DNA of 56,094 nucleotides, counting the filler, from Sphacelaria rigidula (lineage: Eukaryota): assembly GCA_964200075.2 (NCBI GenBank). It is 5 parts of 5 records of this genome, joined end to end, with 100 filler letters (N's around TTAATTAATTAA, not from the genome) between each part and the next. Parts side by side here need not be neighbours in the genome. Positions count along the whole stretch, not along the records: positions 1 to 11,139 come from CAXNAA020005335.1; positions 11,240 to 22,378 come from CAXNAA020005336.1; 3 more parts are not named here. One strand, written 5' to 3'. Positions 1-12,020 of the stretch are shown piece by piece; the first letter of the stretch is position 1; each line of letters opens with the position of its first letter. The translations under genes were made by a program, and so were the position numbers. The notes under the pieces were generated by a model. It was not told the origin of the DNA, ran no database searches, and saw only the letters and a program-made list of their open reading frames with translations.

Positions 1-1178
1 GCAATGGAGGGATGGGAGTTCAACCTCATATTATGTTTCAACCCCAAAAATTAGGATCGGCTGTTAAATGTATATACGCAGTGAATGTCCTGGAAGTCAA
101 TCTCCAATATCAATCACGGCCACAAAGGGCAACTTTTGAGCATCGCTATCAGGTGAGACCGGCCTTTTCCCAGCATCTGCACCCGTATGATCGAGGTTAC
201 TCGCGGTAGTCTCTGTTCGTACTGTTCGAGCAGAAATGACCCTGCAAAAGTAGCATGGTGTGTGCATGTTCAGTGTGCTCGTATTTAGTGTGTACAAGTG
301 CTGTCAGGTCCCGAATCAGTTGTCGCTGGGTGACTGAAGTTGACTTATGCTCATCACCGGTACCCACAACAGACAATGATCGCCCCTGGTGTAGTACTCT
401 GGAGTGTTCTTCGAGTCTATTTTCTTCGTATCGTTGAATAGAGAAGCTTGTGTTTGGTTAGGTTTGGGATTTTTTTTTTCCCTCTTTTTTTTTTTGCGAC
501 TCACTCTTAACTACTACACTGGGTAAATGGGGGAAAGTGATGATAGCGTTGCGTTTTCGGACATGAAACTAGACGAATCGGAACCCAACCCGCAGGTGTT
601 AAATACCCCTTACAAATTCCTGCAATAAGCGACCATATTCGGTTCAACACTTTCAGACATGAAACGTTTTGGGGCGCATCGTTCTCAAACTTTGTGAATA
701 GAATAGCCAAAAGATAACATAGCTCCACAGAACCCAAACGCATGAGTTGTAAGATGGCAAATAGAAAGATACCTCGGCAAATAGAAAGATACCTCGATGA
801 ACAGATCTTGAATAAATGTACATCAAAAGAACACATGAGTTGAGCGTAATGTTTCAAGATATTGTGCCGGATACCCGTTTTTCCACGATAAGTCGTCACG
901 ATAGAGTCGCGATGCGATCTTGATATACGACACAGCTCAAGAATGGACGATTGCCACTCGTCGAGTGTGAAGGTACAGTGAAAATGACTGAAAAAAATAA
1001 AAATGAACATAGGGGCATCTACGCTCGAGACAAACACGGCTGCGGTGCGGGGTAGGCCGCTTGTGCTACCGATATCTTGCTGCTTTGGTATGGCGTATAT
1101 ACACATACATATATATATATTCTACCATGAGAGGGCGTGTGCGTACAGGAACGATGTAATGATATTGTCAAGTATCAG

Positions 1179-4100
1179 TTTCATCGATGGAAGACGTCGT
1201 ACGTGAAGCGGAGTACCACATCGCAGTAGCAGGTGTTTCTCGCATCAAGAAGTACCGGTTCCGGGTAGGTAGACACGGTTCCCCACAGGGCCGGGCTGTG
1301 TACACATCAACGAATTAAGTCCTGAAACATATACGCCCGGTCCGCAAGAGCACTCTACAATGCAACATGTCATCAGTAACAAGCAGCAGTATGGTACGCC
1401 ACGGCAAGGCAAGTGCGTATGATAAAAGTGTGCATGTAAAGACCTAACTTGGAAATAATAAAACATGCGAACGATTATCATAGCCCTGGGCAATATGAGA
1501 TAAGATATGCGATGTTCAGTCACACCTAACTGTTAGTCCTGCTATGTAAACGAAAGACGTACCGGAATCATCCAACGAAGAAAACCACTAAATGGTATTC
1601 AACTCGGACACATACCGTCATCGATGTACCGTGCTTCCGCGTCCCGGCGTGGCCAGTGTAGGGCATGAATGGTCGCCATCGCATTCAGCGTCGTTTCTCT
1701 CATGATGAAACACACACCCCGGACAAGAGTGTGGAGTGAAGAAGGTAGTGAAGTGTAAGGTTAGCACAATTTGGGAGCACTGAGTACATGAAGATGAGAA
1801 CATGCCCTGGTATTGTCCCTCCTGTCGCGTATCGACTCGTTCCGTATCGAGCACTGAATTCGATAATTTAACTTGTCACATTAAAAAGGATACGAAAACG
1901 GTTCATCCATCTGATGGAACAAGAACAGACGTAAACGTGTAAGGGAGGAAAATTATGTGCGTAAAATATGCACTGCGAGAAGAACCCCAAAATATAAAAT
2001 ATGAGATACTCACTAAAATCGTGTATTTCCAAGAGCAAAACGGTCACCGCAAAAATGATATCCGGTGATGCAGCATGAGCGGAAACACAAGGGTGATGAA
2101 CACAAACTCGATCAAATATATAGTTAGCAAGGTTGAGGAGCACATATATTACAGTTCACAAAAGCGAAACTATCATCGCGGGGATGAAACCTTGTGGTGC
2201 ACGGGCAGCGACGGTGTCAGTAAGGTGTGAAGTCGAACGCAAGGGTCGCCGCGGGGAAAAGCCCAAAAGCATAGCGGATGAGTGACGATTCAGCATGTAT
2301 TGTGGTCATCACGTGTGCTCTTCTCCAGAGTTTTAGTGCTAGTGATCGTAGAGCTGTTGTGGCATGAGATGCAACAGTGGGAAACTGCTTTTTATCGCCC
2401 CCTTTTTTATTTTTGAAATGGTTGGACAATCTTGGCACTAGGGCTTGAGGATAGAACTGCCAATGCATGTTGCTACCTAACCCTCCCGGTTCTGTTCCCA
2501 GTCCGGACCCGTACCTGAGCTGGATGAGGCTACCTGTGTTGCTCGACGGACTCCTCGGGCGTCGCGCTGTGTGTGTCGTGACATGATCAAGGTCGCATGT
2601 GTAACCCTTTTGTGGTGCGGTGCTGACAATGACATGGTTGGTGGTACTCACAGAGGGGATCTGGGACGTTACTACACAACGAAAATACATATATCGACGA
2701 ACTTTGTTTGATAGATGGGTGGGAGCTTATCGAGTCACCCGCCATTAACACTATATTCGTGAGAGTCAGTGTAATAACACCGAATTCAGCGTGAGACCCG
2801 GAATAATCGACTCTCCCGTCGATTTTGACATCGCCACAGTTCGAGGAGTAATGCGCCTAGCTGGTGAAGCGGTGGCTTCAATGAAAGCTGTCACNNNNNN
2901 NNNCACGATCAATTTGACACATCACTTGATCGCAACGACGCAGTCAGTCCATTGCAACAAAAGGTCCTCTCTTTCAGAAAAAACCGATTAGTGCCTCAAA
3001 CAGTTTCAGTTCCGAAATGCCCCCACAGTCGTAAAAATGCTTTGTGCGGTATCTCACCAACCAGACCGCCGAATTCTTCGAATGGGGTGCTGTACGGTAG
3101 CTACATGCACACGACGTGTACTCAAGCAAAAAAACAAAAAGTTGCCTGTAAGGAATGCTGGAGCATTCACTCTGAATCCGATATTACGCTCTAAATTTCA
3201 CGAACATGGTGTTCATTGTACCTGTCCTTCCACGCTTCAACTCGCGCCAGATTCCCGGTAGGGGGCAGAGCTGTGGAGGGTCAGCTTGTGCATAGATTTC
3301 CTCAACTGCACGATGCAAATAATTATAAAAAAGTACTCGTGTGTGGAAGTTACTCGCAGGTGAGCAGACCTGGATATATCGATTTTCCAATGCGGAAAAT
3401 GAGCCGATCCTTCTTCCTTCTTTTTTATTGTTGTTGCGACGTCGGTGTAGTATATTAATCGCGTTGCTTTCACGGCATATTTTCATATGTGAGTAGACAT
3501 TGTGTGCTGTTTGACATTTCATGAGTTATGGTGGCGTAATCATGCATCATGTAGTGTACATTGTGAGTATAGTGCATGTCGGTTCTTTATATGAAAATAT
3601 GTTTTCATCGCCGCTTCCTTGACAAAAAGAGGGGGGGAAGAATGAGCTCATATCCCGTATCGAACGAGCGTATATCAATTCTACTCAGCGCTGGTAAGCA
3701 ACCTATTATGATGCCGACGGTTCAGATATTCTACTTCAAAAATAAAACCTGAAATGAAAAAAACGAGTAACATTTCAACTCATGTCGGTGCTTACTCAGC
3801 CGGTGATACATATCCTGAGTCTGAGTCGGTCGTGTATCGACGTGAAACAAAATGAAGGCAGAAATGAAGAGTGAGGCTAAGGAAATGTAAAAACAAATGA
3901 AACGGTGGGTGAGGGTTCCTTGCGGGCAAACGATCCTGAATAATGATTCACTTTGTGCGGGACATGAGCCATTCCCCCCCCTTTTTTTTTGTCGTGGGAT
4001 CTGTCGGTATCTGTAGTCTGTTGACCAGGTTGCCGACACAGAATTTGGTCATGTTAGCAGTTGATATTGATTGGCATTTTCATTATTGTTGTCGATTGGA

Positions 4101-4513
4101 TGAGTGAGCATCGTGTTTCTTCTTCTGAGAGAGAGTTACATGCCTGTTCAGAGGTGAACAATGGCCTAGGTGTCGAAGTGTTCGTCAGCAGAGCAAGCCA
4201 CAACCCAAGGTGGGTGAGTATGTGACCCACTGGTCCTGTTTTCGACTCGATACCTCAAACAGTAGGGTTCTCTCGCACAAGGCACTCGTCAACAGCAGAC
4301 AACTGTTATTGAAAGCAAGCACCGAGCTCTTTCGGAAAGGAAACACCAATTGACACAAAGGGGTTATGTTACTCGTGACTTACTCGTTGTTAGCTTGTCA
4401 CGGCTTGCCGGCAGAGGGTGAGACGTCGAGCAGAACAGATGAAAAGCTGAAGGTCCTTCTTGTGATTAGTTCTACTGTAGCCATTTCTGGCGGTGGTTTG
4501 CAAGTGGCCGGAG
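1179..4513 (+). CDS. Candidate exons of an unidentified multi-exon gene (partial)
   Basis: Several open AG..GT-bounded segments: 1179-1264 (SSMEDVVREAEYHIAVAGVSRIKKYRFR), 3251-3359 (FPVGGRAVEGQLVHRFPQLHDANNYKKVLVCGSYSQ, donor GTGAGC) and about 4415-4513 (GETSSRTDEKLKVLLVISSTVAISGGGLQVAG, donor GTGAGG). No recognisable domain and the exon chain is not fully resolved. Confidence 0.25.
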
Positions 4514-4739
4514 GTGAGGAGCAGAGCTATATCCACTGTTTCCCCCACACCTCCTGCCTCGCTTACATTTTGCCATAATACCCTCACGAAGGCGCGTGCC
4601 TTGGGTGGGCGCGTGCCCCATACAGCCAATCGGATACAAGCAATCAAACTACAAACTCAGCCTGACGTGCCGTGCTGTGGCCAATCAAAGCGCCCGGAGT
4701 AACGTGCGAAATTGCCCGGCCGTACTGCGCAGACCAGTC

Positions 4740-4948
4740 TGCAGGTTCCTCAATCAAGGACCCAAAACACACATATCTACTTTACAAAGTACACATTCGC
4801 CTAGAATCTTTTCGTACCCGCCAATCGTTTGTAGATCAATCGTAGTAGTCCTGTACTAGTTTAATTCAGACTCTTAGTCACTTACCATCACATTAGCCCA
4901 CCCTGGATCGTTCAAGTGCAGTCACTTTTCAGAAGGGACGAACTTGCA
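4740..4948 (-). mobile_element. Putative 3' LTR (209 bp) of the Gypsy element, with adjacent polypurine tract
   Basis: TG..CA ends with a 9-bp terminal inverted repeat (TGCAGGTTC / GAACTTGCA, 8/9 match). Immediately followed on + by CAGCCCCACCTCTCCC (4951-4966), a PPT on the minus strand, which is the same orientation as pol. Confidence 0.55.
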
Positions 4949-7486
4949 TCCAGCCCCACCTCTCCCACACCACAGAAAACAGAGACTCCATTTGAAGATC
5001 GAGCGCTCTTCGGTACGGGGAACGGAAGGGGCGATCAACACAAAAAAAACAAGAAAATACAAACATAAGCACAAAGCAAAGAGAATAAAAAATCGAACCG
5101 ATTCAATGATTCAGTGTCCTCATGTTTCGTGAGCTCTTCAGACGGAGTCATGGGAAATAAAAAATCCAAAATCAATAATCAAAACCATGTACCACAAAAC
5201 GCAGTGTCTCCAGAATGTCGTAAGCATTTCCGGGATAGACACAGGAAATCAGAGACCAATCATTGAAACGATTATCCTATCCTGCCATAACTATATAATG
5301 AATAAATAGTTCGCTCTTTCCCGGATGTCCGATTTGTTTAAGGTCATTGGTAGGAAAACAAGCAAGCCCGCCAAGGCATTTTATCACTCCGATAACCAAG
5401 TTCATGCTGATCACTTATCCCAGTCAATCAGCAAAAGCCTGCAACATACAGCCGATTTCGTCGCGGAAATGGTAGTTTCCCGCGAAAACCATACGTTGAC
5501 AAAACAAAATAGACTGATACGGACAATTCACCCCGTTTGACGTGAGTTAATTGTCGGTACATGTTTGTGAGAACAACGACTTGCTTGGGACGCCTGGTTG
5601 ATGATCCAGTCGTACAGCATTTTTTTTTCTCACACGACGATACGAAAACAACCGACCGGTTTATGTGGTCAGATGTCCGTACACGTCAAAAGAAACGTGG
5701 TGGACAATACACAACCTTCGGGCCTACTACGTGGTTCCGAGGCGGATCACCCAACACATTTCTGAACCACGATAAATACACAGGATAGAGAGGACCAACG
5801 CAGCCCACTCTTCACAGTATTTGCCCGAAACGAGACTCGCCCGAACACAACCTGGAGTAAAACCCACAACCGGTCGTACCGTCACGTTACTTCGTCCAAT
5901 GATCCCTGATAAAAACGAAACACCGCCGACCAATTTCAGGGGCGGGTAATTGTACGCAAAAACTGGTAAAAGTGAGAGAAAAAGTAGCGAGTGGCGGACT
6001 CTGAGCCTGTAGGCTGTGCCAACGGTCGAGAATCGACATGGCGGAACGGACAGTTCCGAAAGAGCGATCTACCTCATCATGATACCTGATGGTCCTGTAT
6101 GAGGAGACGTTTACAACCGATCTTACCGCGACTTCAATAACAATTCTTCCAACACCGCTATGTACGACGCAGCCAGTGGTGGCCTGGTTGTAACTCATCA
6201 ATCACCGAAGTAAAAATCATCGCGTCGCATTACCCGTGACCCTCCTATAAACGAGGTCGGTCACATGCGGCAGGACTCGCGAAAAAAAGTATGCCAGGTG
6301 TTCCAGACTCGAGGGCCAGGAACGTTGGAACACTCGTGGCGAAATTCCCGACATAGATGCAGAAACCAAAACCAAAATAAATACAAAACCAGGGGCACGC
6401 TGGGCAACAGCGAAAACCAAAATCCGCAACATAAGGCAGAAAAACAACACGTGGCAACCGTCCTTGTAAACGGGAGCAGTTATCGTGTGTATGAAGCAAG
6501 CAGGGTCAAAAGTTTCAGCCAAGAAGGTAAAAACATTCAGGCAAACCCATGTCAATATAAAACTCAACGTGGTACGCACACAAAAAGGGGACACGTCATT
6601 GCCGATCCTGCAGGGGGAAGCGGTATGCGTGTACGGAGCGGTTTGGCGAGAGCGCAATTATTCCAGACGGGGAGGTCAGGTATATGCAACGCTCGCTCCT
6701 AAAACTCTCAACCGGAAAGACAAAAATAAAAAATAAAACACCGACAGCTTATGACACAAAAAAAAGGCACGTCACTACCGATCCTGAAGGGGGAAGGCGG
6801 CATTCGCGTGCGGAGCGATTGAACAAGAGCGCAAATATTCCAGACGTGGGCGTTAGGTATGGCTAGCGCTTGCTCCGAAAACTCTTCCATCAAAACAAAC
6901 AAATCAAAATGAAGACCACGTAATAACAAAGCAAGACAAGATGTGCGTACAATAAAAAGAATGAAGAAATAAATAAGTCGTGGCAACTGTTCCAGTAGAC
7001 GGAATGGTTGTGAATGTACGGCGCGGAGGACGGAGGTTCAAGGTTCCAGACTCGGGGTCAGGAATGGAACGGTCGTCACTTATGCTGTGCCAGAAGAACC
7101 CAGAATCAACCAAGGAAAGTACCCATTGAACACAAAAAATTGAACACAAAGCACGAGGCGAAAAAAAAAGAAAAAGAGGCAAAAACAAATCAAAACAATT
7201 GACGCAATGACAAAGAAAATCGAAACACAAAATCAGGTCCGAAGCAACACAAACAAAGCACAACAGAAAAAAACAAAAATCAAGATACAAAAACTCAAGA
7301 CCACATCCCAATTACAAAACACAACATCAAGCACTACAAGCACTGGGCTATTTAGTACGAAAAACAAAAATGAAGGGAGGGAGGGGGGGGAACACATGGT
7401 TTTCCAACGACGCTACGGTGCAAGACAAGCGACTCGAACGCGGTACACTACTCAAGGTGAATGAGGAAGCCGACTCGGATGCGGCA

Positions 7487-10400
7487 TCATGAGTCATCTG
7501 CCTTCCAAGCGGTGTCCGTGTTCCGTAAAACGGCTGTTTCGAGTTCGCGTTGGTCGTGTCGTTGGAGGCACCAGGATCCCCTCCGAGCGGTCGGCTCCTC
7601 GGTGTAGTACGCATCGTCCAAGCGAATCTTAAGGGGGCTCGGGTCATCAATGAAACGGATAAAGTAGGAGTGGTCAGCCGCAGGATCGACTAAATTAATT
7701 TTACCCAACCAGCACAGTGAATCCAAGGCCTTATACCAAAAATACGCCCCTTTCGGCAGTCGCTTTCCGTGAAAACACTGCATGTATGGTGAACGCGAAA
7801 GAAGGCTATAGCCTGTCACAACGAACCGCGCTGAGTGTTCACGTGCCATTTCTCGAGCGGCAGCTCCCTTGCGCATCGACCGATATCTCTTATTCAATGG
7901 GCGGTGTTGGACGGTATTTCCTACCCAATACAGCAATATTTCCCGACGGAAATGACGCAAATCAACCTCACGCTCCCATGTAACACGCATGATACCCTTC
8001 CAATGTGTTTGATATATTACCGCTATCTTACCTCCACGACCGCGAACCAGTGGATGACCCGAAACATTATCTACCTCAATGCGTTCCAGGGGTGCGTCCG
8101 CATCCTCGACCGTCATATGATACGGCGGAGTTTTGATCGCATACTTGGTCAACACATATTGGCTGAGTCCTACCGGCAGTCGTTTAGGTATGTCAGAAGA
8201 GTCATGAGGGGGAATACACGGTTTGCATCGTAGCATCGAGACGCGATTTTTCGGTTTCAAACCAGGTTCATCCGTGGGGAAATCTAAATACAAAAGTTTC
8301 ACTCCCACCGGACTCTTGTCGGGTGCGGTAGCGCTTGGACCAACAGCAAAAATTTCCCAAAGACCAGTCCAATTCAGGGATAGTTTCGCCTTCAGCACTT
8401 TATCCAAAGGTGATGATTTCGAGCTAGCCCCTTGATTGATGGTCTTCACATCGTTATACACCCATGCTCATTGGCCTACCTTCCACACCGGGCGGTTATG
8501 CACCACATCATCCAACATCGAGTTCGTCCTGGCCACCTTGGCCAAATTGATTTGGTTCTGTTCTCGTACCACTTCATATGCACGTCGAAAACGATTGCTA
8601 ACCGACAAATGATACTCTGCAACATGACCTTTCCAGTCTCTTATTTGCTACAGCAGCAAGCATCTGCGCCATCGTATGGTTCACTCGTTCTGTTCCACCA
8701 TTGGTGGAAGGATGATATGAACTAGTAAAAATGCGATGGGCATCCAAAAGGTCACTGACGGCGGCTGAAAGTTTGCCTGAAAAATGCGGGCCGTTGTCAG
8801 ATAGTAAGCGTTTGGGCACACCCCACAGTGGGATGTACATGTAGACAAGAATGTTGGCGGTACCTTCCGCGGTATAACTACTGGAAGGGACGGCGTGCAT
8901 AATCGTATGGCGACTAAATCTATCCGTGAACAACAAAATATACTCATTCCCACTATCCGTCAGGCGCAAAGGACCAAAATAGTCCCACGACACTACTTCA
9001 CCAGGTCCGTTTGGGAGTGGCATGGAAACGATCGGCCAACGAACTGTTTGACGAGAAGTTTTTCGCGCCTGACACAAAAGACGACGCCTCACCCACCATC
9101 GACAACACTGATCCATACAAATCCACCAATCAAAACGTTCCAACATCTGGTAGGTCCTGGTGGCGCCTAAATGAGTCGATGCCTGTGAATGGCATTCGTG
9201 TGGAACCCATGGGCGCAGGAGTATCGGGGCATAGACGCGGATGGGTTCATCACCTAGCAAGCGGGCATGTCGACTTGCAGGCTTCTCCCTGGGGAGGGCT
9301 GCTGTGGGCTGGCAAACTAACAGAACTATACCATCATCATCCGTATGTAGCATACCTTTTCTTGAAAGTTCAGTAACTTAATCCTGGGTGGGCGCTTTGA
9401 GATTCCCGACTGGCAAAAGGAATTCAGTTTCTGAGAATGGACATGGGCAACCTTTAGATAGATAATGGATAGCTGATTTACAAGCAGGTTCTGCCTGTTG
9501 TTCCCGGGCCCAATTGGCGTGGGAGAAGAGAGTCAAACGTTCCTTGAATACACCATCTGTTGAAGCGTCGACTTCGTGTTGGGTCGGTTCGGGGCGGGGT
9601 TGGCACGAAGCAGTGATTTCGGAATCGAGGGTGAGCCTACAAGTTGGTGTACTCTCAGACGGAACGTTAACGTCTACTCCTGTGTCGATAAGCGTGGAGG
9701 GTGTTGTAGTCGTGTTTGCAATATCACCACCACTGGAGGGGGGCACAGCCGTGGTTTCGGCTATGGTTGACAGGGGCGGCACGGTCGAGGTCGATTTCCT
9801 GGGGGCCTTGCGTCGCGGAGGCTGCGGGGGCGCAAGGAAACTATCAGGGACTGGGTTGGGGGGAGGGAGGGGAAGGTCAGGACCAGAAGCGGCTAATTTG
9901 GTGGCCGTATCGGCGGTTCGCCGTCCACGAGTCCTACTCGAAATCAAATCTCGAACTTGAACTTGTAAGACGGAGTCAGCAAAGGACGGTTCTACACCTG
10001 CTGCGAAAACCATGCGCTGGCCAGTTGCACGAAAATGATCATAGCCAACAGTATTCGTATACAGTCCATTTCAGGCTGAGTCCAATGATTGAGGTTTCAA
10101 GCTGCCTAAACCTGATGTGTGGGCTGTGGTCGTCAGCCCACCCATGCCTAAGGCCGGCGTTTCTCTCAGTGAAAGTGGTGTGTAGAGACCTCTATGTCCA
10201 TTCCTACTTATGAAATATACAATGTCTTCGGTGGTATCGGTGATACCTCCCATGGCGGATTTATCGATAGGTTGAGCTGGTGTGGGCAAGCGTGACAGGA
10301 AGTCGGCGTTTGCGTTCTGGGGACCTGTGCGGTACTTCAGTTGAAGGTTGCAAGACGACAGGATTTCGAACCAGCGTTGGACCCTAGCGTGTTGTGTTCC

Positions 10401-11120
10401 ACCATTTTGGCAGGGCCTTCCAAAGACTTGTGACCGGTATGAATAAAAAACGGGATGCCATACAAATACTGACGCAGACGTCGCACGCCCCAAACAACTG
10501 CGCCGGCCTCTTGGTCCATGACAGACCAATTCTGTTCATTCGGGAAAGTGTTGCGACTCAGATAGACAATGGGACGAACAGTAGCATCGACTTGCTCTTG
10601 TTCTAATGTGCAGCCGACCCCAATTTTGGAAGAATCTGTGTGGAGCCGGAAAGCGCGGGAACCCTGCTCCGCGGCCGACCAGTCGGGGAAGACGAGAATC
10701 GGCGGGCGCGAAAGGATGTCGAGGAGGCGGCGGACGGTTTTTTTCCATTTCCAATGTGAACATCAATTTCACTCCGTTTTTGAGGAGGGTGGTGAGGGGT
10801 TTTAGCTTTTGGGCAAGGTTTGGCAAACACTGTCTGTAGTAGCTTAGACCTCCCAACAAGGAACGCAGTTGAGAAATGTCCCGTGGCATGGGCATATCGG
10901 AGAGTGCGGTGACCTTGTCGAGGTTTGGGCTACGACCTTCGGGGGTGATGCAATGACCCAAGAACTCAATCTTCGTGGCGCCAATGCGGGATTTGGAGGG
11001 TGCGAGTTTCAGGTTGTGTTGTTCAAACCGATTGAAGAATGATGCCAACTGTTCGACGTGTTCGGCCGGTGTGGAGTCGTGGCACACCGCATCATCAAGG
11101 TACATATGGCATTTGGGCAA
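7487..11120 (-). pseudogene. Gypsy pol pseudogene (RT, RNase H, integrase, GPY/F-like, chromo-like and PWWP/Tudor-like C-terminus)
   Basis: Broken across ORFs 10536-11120, 10071-10529, 9378-10013, 8598-9353 and 7487-8461, each with the motifs expected for that part of pol. Confidence 0.88.
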
Positions 11121-11139
11121 TCCATCAGTTACACGGAAC

Positions 11140-11239
11140 NNNNNNNNNNNNNNNNNNNNNNNNNNNNNNNNNNNNNNNNNNNNTTAATTAATTAANNNNN
11201 NNNNNNNNNNNNNNNNNNNNNNNNNNNNNNNNNNNNNNN
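11140..11239. other. Assembly spacer (100 bp of N with TTAATTAATTAA)
   Basis: Directly visible; an artificial six-frame stop linker. Confidence 0.99.
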
Positions 11240-11840
11240 TATGTCATTTCCTTGGGTGCAGAAGGTCTTCCTGAAATTTCAGCTCAAGAGTCGTCGAATT
11301 GGCCCGTGCGTCCAAGGTGTGTGCGTGTGTGCTGTTGTTATCCCTTTTATTCTGGGCGCCACTCTACACGTTTCGGGATATGTGGGCGCACCAGCCGGGG
11401 TCACACAGGAGCTTTTTCTATTTCATTTGTTGCTTTTAGTACCCCACCTACCTTCGAGTCGTCGAATTGGCCCGTGCGTCCAAGGTGTGTGCGTGTGTGC
11501 TGTTGTTGTCCCTTTTATTCTGGGCGCCACTCTACACGTTTCGGGATATGTGGGCGCACCAGCCGGGGTCACACAGGAGCTTTTTCTATTTCATTTGTTG
11601 CTTTTAGTACCCCACCTACCTTCTGCGGTGCTTGCCTTTTTCTTTTTTTCGCGAGGGGTTAAGCAGTCCCTTTCCCTCGTCGACCGTCAAGTCGAATTTT
11701 GAATTTTGTGTACCCACGACATAGTCGCTCTTCACTGTTGAGCATGGTGTAAGAAAAAATCCAGATCTCTCCGGGAATCGAACCCCACTACTCAACCGTC
11801 AGAAGGTTACGAGGTTACCAACTGAGCCACCGGGGCGACC
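11240..11840 (-). mobile_element. tRNA-headed SINE-like repeat (family 2) with an internal 168-bp tandem duplication
   Basis: Minus strand starts GGTCGCCCCGGTGGCTCAGTTGG (A box) .. GGTTCGATTCCC (B box). 11288-11455 is duplicated at 11456-11623. Related copies at 33718-33790, 46380-46640 and 55218-55400. Confidence 0.75.
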
Positions 11841-12020
11841 AGCTATTAGTTTAGGTGCGTCCAACATTGTGCGTGACGCTGCTGCACCCCTGTAATTCAA
11901 AAGATGGGAGACTCTAATTATGGAGGTCGAAAGTTCGAATTCCGACATCTTCTCTTATTTTTTGTCCGTCGTTGAGGCTTACATTGCAGTACATTTCTTG
12001 ATTTTTTCTCCTTCATTCAG

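Larger units (their letters stand above)
4740..11139 (-). mobile_element. Ty3/Gypsy LTR retrotransposon, 3' part, decayed and truncated by the gap
   Basis: Domain order RT-RH-INT. RT YLDD motif and LRSLLGGLSYYR (10536-11120); RNase H RVQRWFEIL..YRTGPQNANADFLSR (10071-10529); integrase HHCC remnant, WDYFGP, DRFSR, LLSDNG, SSYHPSTNGGTERVN (8598-9353); C-terminal extension 7487-8461. Many frameshifts and stops. Confidence 0.93.

Noticed and set aside
507..1106. 199-aa minus-strand ORF and other long ORFs lacking motifs (12483-13067, 25785-26309, 47039-47881)
   Set aside because: No recognisable domains and composition typical of non-coding DNA; 12483-13067 is supported only over the short candidate exon 12821-12911.
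11184..11195. TTAATTAATTAA palindrome repeated four times in the window
   Set aside because: Artificial linker inside the N spacers.
11770..11840. tRNA genes here and near 45650, 49000, 54460 and 55220
   Set aside because: A/B boxes are present but I could not fold a convincing cloverleaf; most are attached to repeat bodies, so they were treated as SINE heads or relics.
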